From Rhodosorus marinus CCMP1338 (Eukaryota; Plantae; Rhodophyta): 64,000 nucleotides of DNA. Numbering within the stretch: position 1 is the stretch's first letter; each line of letters opens with the position of its first letter. A model generated the notes under the pieces. The model saw only the letters and a program-made list of their open reading frames with translations. It was not told the DNA's origin and made no database searches. Shown here piece by piece: positions 57,002 to 64,000 of this stretch. The stretch is from the NCBI GenBank assembly GCA_029953675.1, contig JAMWBK010000002.1, forward strand, positions 2,108,001 through 2,172,000. Reading direction: 5' to 3'. The translations under genes and the position numbers were made by a program.

Positions 57002-60000
57002 ATGGTGTCCTTGTCACTTTTGGTTGCGGCGAAAACAGCAACTGGGACTAGTGTAGGAAGCGGACAAGACGTAAATAGTTCGACACGGAGGAGTTCTGAA
57101 GGGATTTCCCTGTCGAAATCGGAGAAAGTTGAAGGGGTTCGACACGACAAGGCTTCGGAGGAGTTCTCGCAACCCCTTTCAACTAACAACAAAGGTCTAG
57201 AAACAGGAAATGTACGTTTGGAAGCAATACTTCAATCTGCTATCGCTCCAGGTCCTGATCAACACCATGCTTCGAAACCATGTTTTCTGACGCTATTTTG
57301 TCTTTCCTTGGCGATGGTCTTTCCAATCTCTTAGAAGAAGCTGGAAGCTGGTAGTATTCTTGACAAGGGAACTGTTGGGGACAGCGAAATCGCGCTGGGT
57401 TTTGCCCTTCAACCGCTTGAGCGCTTCAACTCTGTTCTGAGGCGTGTTGAGAGTGATCCCCACGTCGAAAACCCGGAGTCAAACTTCTACCTGCACCCAG
57501 AAGATATACTCAGGGACCTAGATTGTATCATGGGCAATGAGATACAGTTGAAGCAGCTGTTGTCAAGAGCTCAGCCTCTAAATGAGGAATCGATTGGGAG
57601 GTGCCTGAGTACTATTGCCTTGCGGTTCGAGAACAGTGAAGGTCGAAGCGAGGCAGATGTTCTTTCCAGTCAGGGAGTGTACGAGCTACTGTTGTCAAAC
57701 GTTTTGTTCTTGAATAACAGCGCCGCACTTTCAGAAGTGGACATAAGGAAACTGCCGAAGTTCAACATTGAATCTTTCGTAAAGACGATCGTTGAGTTGA
57801 AGCCAAAGCTGGACTGGAATGAAGTCATCCTAGGTGTGGACTCAGATGACACTCTGCTGGATAGCCCCGTTGGATTTGACGTCATCAGCGAAGCATATGG
57901 CCATGCGACGAAGGTAAGGGGACTTGAAGCGGAAACCGACTTGACCGACCGAGGCTAACTCTCCCCTCGTGCTGTATGGGTCGTCAGAAATTGATACCTG
58001 CGAGGTTGCTGCTTGGAACATGGCAAAATCGAAGAACCCAATATGCATTGTTGAGTGCGGCAGTGAAGATGGAAGGCCGGAGACTGACCTGGGAGAACCT
58101 GAATACAGTGGTTGTGGATTGGAAACCTCCCTCAACCACAGACTCCTCCACTGTAGTGAAGATGTGGAGCACTCTTCCGCTCGTGAAGGCTTTGATAGAT
58201 CTCCAAACGGAGCTAGGGCAGGCCAAAAAAGCGGAAGTACGGTCGTATTTCGAAGCTGCGTTTCAGGATTGTCCAGAGCATGTCTGTGTTGTACGTCTTA
58301 ACCAAGCGATCCTTTTATCGTTGCTACTTCAGCGGGCCTTACCGACGTACAAATTTTTTTGTTGGTGTGCAATTTGCAGGCAATTGCTAGTGTGACGACC
58401 AAGGACCCTGCTTTCCAGAAAGACTTGCTGGCCCAGGCGATACGAGGATACTTGATGACCAGTCCGTATCATTCGTTGGTGCTCAAGAAGATCTGGGAGG
58501 TTCAACCCGGGTTCATATTTTCCGCGCTCTTGCTCATGTGGAACAAAAACGATCCTTCCACTCTCGGAAAAATTTCGGATATTCTCAAGGAGCTGAAAAT
58601 GCTGGAACGATTTCTTAATGAAATTGGAAATTTCGCCCTCGCTCTGGATCTTGCCGTCCTCTCCGCTCAAAGAGAATTCCTGAACTTGGAGAAATGGCTA
58701 ACGGACAAGATAAAGAAGCACGGTAGGTCGTTCGTCGACGCCTGCATTTCGTATCTTGACGAGAGAACCAACACTTTGCAAGGAGATAAGCTTCGGACGG
58801 AGGAGGCAATAGTGTTCTTGAAGTGCCTGAACACGTGCATGGAGAACCGAACAATACCCAGAGACCGATTGAATGACTTGGAACGACTCTACAAGACGTA
58901 TACGGAACGCGATAATAGAAGAACTCCCGCGGACCTGAGTATTGGCATGAGAGCAGACGTCACTAGGCCAGGAGCTCAGCTAGGTCCCCCGACAGGCGTT
59001 GGTAAGACAAGTTTGCGTCGCGCTGCAGCTCGCCATGAGGACCACTATCCTAACGTTTCCTGTGAAATTACAGAAGCCGGGTTTGAACCATCGAATGGTC
59101 AGTTTTTCGATACGATGATAGACGAGGAAGCGAACGCGTACTTTTCCAAAGTCTATGCAGGCAGCATTACAATAGAGGAGGCTGTGAGACTGCTGCTGAG
59201 ATTCAAAGCCTCGCATAATCCAAGGGAGGTGGAAATCTTCAACTGCATGATTCACAATCTTCTGGACGAGTACCGGTTTTTTCCGCAGTACCCACTTCCA
59301 GAACTGCAAACTACGGGAAAGCTGTTCGGAGCGTTGGTTCGGCATCAAGTTTTCTCAACCTTTCAGAGTTTACGCATAGCTTTATGGTATGTTTCGGAGC
59401 AGCCTCTGAAAAAGATAGCCGTGTCTAAACTAGCGTTCCGTTGCCCATGCAGGTGTGTTCAAGACGCGTTGCGGAAAACGCCACCGGGGAAGCTGACCAT
59501 GTTCGGCCTATACGCACTTGAGCAATTTAAAAATCGCCTGCCCGAGTGGCCGGAGTACTCAAAGCAACTGATTCAGATCGAGAACTTGCGCAGACGCGCC
59601 CCAGATCTCGTTACGTACATAGAGGAATTCTTGAAGAACAGTGAGACCTCGCAGGGCGTGGGTTCCTCTAGCGCACCTGCGGATCCTGTTGAAGTGGACC
59701 CCAAGGAGACTGTCGTTGACAGACCTGAGGAGCAGAAGCGGGCTGCACCACCAGCGGAAGCTTTTGCACCAGTACCTGTAAGTGGAGGGCTTGCGAACCC
59801 CTGCAACAATGCGGGCTTGATGCTGATTTCAGAATATGTTTGCATTCAATAGGAACCGGATGAAGGTGTCAAGGACAGGATTCACTTCATCTTCAACAAT
59901 CTGACAGCGCAGAATATTGATCAGAAGGCAAAAGAGCTGAAAGATGCAGTCCCCGTTCAGTACTATCCATACCTGACGAAGTATATAGTGGAAAGGAGAG

Positions 60001-63000
60001 CTGCGATAGAACCCAACTTTCACACACTCTACGTTGGTCTAATGGAATCGTACAACAAAAGGGATACGAAGCTTTTGCCGATGGTGCTGGCGAAGTCCTA
60101 CGACAACGTCCGGGCGCTTCTCGCGAGCGACAAGATCCGAACGAATTCCGCGGAGAGCTCGTCTGAGCGTGGGGCGTTGAAGAACCTAGGAACCTGGATA
60201 GGAGGCCTAACTTTGGGAAGGAACAAGCCAATTCTCGCGAAGGACATTGATCTGAAGGAGCTCATTCTCGAGGCCTATTCCGGGGGAATGTTGATTGCTG
60301 CAATTCCGTTCACCTGCAAGGTTCTTGACGCATGTGCGAATTCAAAGATCTTCCGCCCTCCGAATCCGTGGGTTACGGCCATTCTGGGATTGCTAAGGGA
60401 GCTCGATCTACTGCCAGATCTCAAGATGAACCTGAAGTTCGAAATTGAGGTTTTGTGCAAGAACATCAACGTGGACCTGAAGGACGTCAAGTCCTCGGAG
60501 GTTCTGAAGACCCGGAGACAACCACAGAAGGTTGACAATCCCGACTTCACTTTGAAAAAAGTAGCACAACATACTCCGGCGACCAGCGCTTCTCCACAGG
60601 CAGTCGACGGGCGATCTTCGCCCGTCCTCGAGATGCCAGCTCAGCTACCGTCACCGACGTTGACGATACCTGGTGCTGGAGCGCGCCTCGCCGGGATGTC
60701 GGATGAAGGAGACGCCCTTGGCGGACTCTCGTCGCTATCTTTGGCTGCGCCTGCTGTACCTACACCGCTTCACTCAATTCAGGTAAGCTGTTTATCGCTT
60801 CATTGTTTTACAGGTTTGACCCACAAATCGCTGAATTCAACCACTCGGAATAGGCTGCCGGAGTGGCATCTGCCCTTAATGCTCCGATCACGGACACCTC
60901 GAGTAGTGGAGCCGTGATACCCGCGCGTTACGTTGTTGTGAACCCAAAGCTGACGCTGTTCCAGAACTATCCGCGGCTTAAGGCGTAAGGGGCTCTTTCT
61001 CTATTCGGCATGTTCTCGATACTTCGCTAAGCCTTGGTTCGTTTCGTTGCTGCAATTCTGTAGACTTTTGCCTTTAGCGATTGACCGTGCAGTCCGAGAA
61101 ACAACGAAGCCAGCGGTGCAAAGGAATTGCAAAATTGCTTGTATCACGACGATGGAACTGATTCTGAAGGATTTCGCGTTGGAGAACGATATTAACAAGA
61201 TTCGCAAGGCTGCGCATCAGATGGTTGAACGTCTTGTTGGCGCTTTGGCTCTGGTGACTTGCAAGGAGCCGCTAAGGAATTCTGTTAGCAACCACCTTAA
61301 GTTACTGCTGACCCAGTCCGGCGTGGACCAGGACAGTCTCGAGCAAACAGTGAACGTGGTCACAGCGGAAAACCTGGAAGTCTGCTGCAGAATCATTGAA
61401 ATCGCGGGAATGCAGAGGGCAGCGAAGGAGATCGACGAGATGCTTGCGTCGAGTTTTCAACAGAAACGGCAAAACCAACAAGCGCAAGGTTCCTATGGTT
61501 CGTATCCTGAGACATATACAGGATCAATACCCGTCTACGACGATTTCGTGATTCCGTCACCAGCAGCTGGTAAGCTTGAGCAACTGCCACCAGGAAATCT
61601 TCCTCCTCTTCTGTCCGCTAAGTAAGACCGTTGTCTCGTGTCACAGCATTTGCCTCTGGAGCGACCTCACCACCTCTTCCAACGGCAAGTCCGCCTGTAC
61701 CCCGACAACCATCCCCAATGTCTCCTCTAGTTGGAGTGAAGGCCATTGGGAAGAGTTTTTCAATGCCGACTGGGCCCATCGGAAAGGCGCCAAATGTTCA
61801 GCAGCCAGCCGCGCCTATTCAGATGGCGCAACCAGATGCGTCGTTTGCAACGCAGCAGGTTTTGGAGCGGTTCAACAGTATCTATCCGATGCTCCTTTCA
61901 GCTATTCAGATCAACAACCCTACAGATCCTGAGATGCATAGACTGTGGATGCAGATTCCCAGCTGGGTGCAGAGGGCGGCGAACATCGAAGAGGCTGCCA
62001 TAGCTGTGGCGCAGAAAAGCTTCCAGCGCTTGTTTGAGGGAGATTCAAACTTGCACAGAGAGATACACGTGTTGTTGCTCGGGGCACTAAAGGACATTTG
62101 CCCGAGGTTGTCGAAGGACTTTGTCACTTGGCTGGCATATTCGGATGAACCACGCAAGTACGACCGGGAGTGCGCGCTAGCGCTGATGAAGCCGAAGAAC
62201 TTGCTTAGCATGCCGGACTATGACTCAAGTTTGGCAGGGGCAATTGAGAGTGGTAGGGACGCACTAGCTCTAGACTTCGCCTCATACCTTGTGCGTCGGT
62301 GCATGATCGAGGAGGCGTTATTGACACCGCCGGATTTGACAAGCACTCTTGACGCTCTGCAGAAGGCTGGCTCCAGACCTGATCCGCCGATGACGTCATC
62401 CGCCCCCGAGGGCTTGGCGGCGCTTGTGGACACCGCTCGGAGGCAAGGAATCAAGCCCGTGTTGGTGATTTCGCAAGTTCCGAGTGAGTCGTGGGAACAG
62501 TTCATGACCGTCCTGGATGAGTGGAACGTGTAAGAACTCAGCGCAAACTTTACCCAAACAATCAACTTTTAATCGATTACTAATCTAAGATTTTGTTCGT
62601 GCTCTCGCTGCCCTCGTTCTATTGCTTCAATTCAGGGTTTTCGCAAAAGGTGTCACAACGGATCATAGCAACAGGAGTGCCTTCCTGCAACTCAGGCTGG
62701 GAAAGCTCCTCGAGTCTTCTGAAGGAAAGGAAAAGTTCTATCGCCTAGGAATGGATATTGCGATGGAGAACGTGGCTCGGCAGTTGAGCATCAGAGACAT
62801 GGACGAAGGAGCAGAGTCCAGGTCGGCATCCGCTTACTCCAGCGTTGACTCGTTCTGCCAGCTTGTCTCGACGCTGGTAATGATGGGCGGCAACGGTTCT
62901 GCAGCGCTGGATCTGGTCCTCAGCGAGCTCTGCGAGAAGCTGAAAGCAGCGCACTCGACGTCTGCGACTGTTGATACGAGGCCATATTTTCGGTTCTTCA

Positions 63001-64000
63001 ACAACTTAATGGTTGAGTTTTGCGGGACCGGGACGAGCTCGAATGAGTTGCGGAACGCAGAAGGCACCGAGGTATCCGTGAGAATTATTTTCGCGCTAGC
63101 TCTTGGGTCTGTCAAACCTCAGGTGCTGCCCGAGTTTGCCTTCGCCTGGTTGGAGCTTATTTCCAGCAAAGAATTCATGCCGAAGATTCTTGAGTCGAAG
63201 GAGGCCATGTGGTCGATTTTCGAGGGGTTACTCGTGGACTTGCTGAGCTTTTTAAATCCTTACCTGAGGGGAACAACGCTGACGGACAGTATCAGAAGCC
63301 TGTATGAAGGCACTCTTCGCATGATGCTCGTGCTGATCCACGATTTTCCTGAGTTTTTATGCTCGTACTACCTGAGTTTCTGCGACGTGATTCCTTCGAA
63401 CTGTATCCAGTTGAGGAACTTGATCCTGTCCGCAGTTCCACGGTCAATGCGGCTTTCCGACCCGTTTACTCACGGTCTGAAATTGGACAAACTACCGGAA
63501 ATGTTGATCCCTCCGAACGTGCTCTCAGATTACACGGCCGCGCTAAATAAGAGCAACCTGAAGAATTCTCTGGACCAGTATCTGGATATGAGAGCTCCTC
63601 CGTCGGTAAGTAGAGGATCTACAATTGCTTGAGTTTGAGGAAATGGTGGTTGGCACAATCTAACAGGTTTGCATATTTTTGGTGTTCTCTGATCGATTCT
63701 ACAGATCCTATTGGACATACGTAATCGGTTGCAGCTTCCTGCAAGTGAAGTATCAGGTGCGGGGACGAAGTACAACATTCCGGCTATCAATGCGCTGGTA
63801 TTCTATGTTGGACAACTTGCTGTGGGTCGGCCGATCGAGGGTACACCACATACAGAGTTGTTGCAGCACCTTGTAACTGACCTTGATTCGGAGGGCCGGT
63901 ATTATGTCTTGAACGCCGTTGCAAACCAGTTGAGGTTTCCAAACTACCATACGCACTACTTCAACAGGGTGCTACTGTATCTGTTCGCCGAGGCGAAGCA
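57002..64000 (+). CDS. CNOT1: CCR4-NOT scaffold subunit 1, multi-exon, truncated by the window end
   Basis: LAVLSAQREFLNLEKWL, FFPQYP..EL..TGKLFG, ERRAAIEPNFH, LKNLGTWIG, IFRPPNPW, TCKEPLR, FAFAWLELIS, HDFPEFL, YVLNAVANQLRFPN. The exact start is uncertain. Confidence 0.97.

Overview
Eukaryotic, gene-dense DNA with short GT-AG introns. A MAFV-type plastid transit peptide and CSP41a suggest a red-alga-like host (inference). Host genes: CSP41a (-), a GH31 glycoside hydrolase (+), a PPR protein (-), a ZIP metal transporter with a His/Asp repeat (+), a TRF4/PAPD5-like poly(A) polymerase (+), a SET-domain (LSMT/SETD3-like) protein (-), an unidentified multi-exon gene (-), pescadillo (+) and CNOT1 (+, runs off the window). 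Two blocks of mobile DNA interrupt the genes. 5.7-9.7 kb holds Gypsy RT/RNase H remnants and CRE-like fragments. ~12.2-29.4 kb is almost entirely nested fragments of CRE-clade non-LTR retrotransposons (RT + CCHC + restriction-like endonuclease) in both orientations. The most striking signal is this nest. About 20 copies of one 3' end (CAGGGTAG-TTAGCCTCTGAATAAACGG-(ATC)n) lie within 7.3-29 kb, several inserted into other copies with readable target-site duplications. One junction (CGAACTT|GATGAT) recurs, tail-only micro-insertions of 7-21 bp occur, and the RT motif is FHDD. No copy is intact. A TSD-flanked internally deleted Copia element, dispersed ZIP 3'-end fragments and an intronic foldback element are also present. 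All alignments and counts were done by eye; boundaries marked ~ are approximate.
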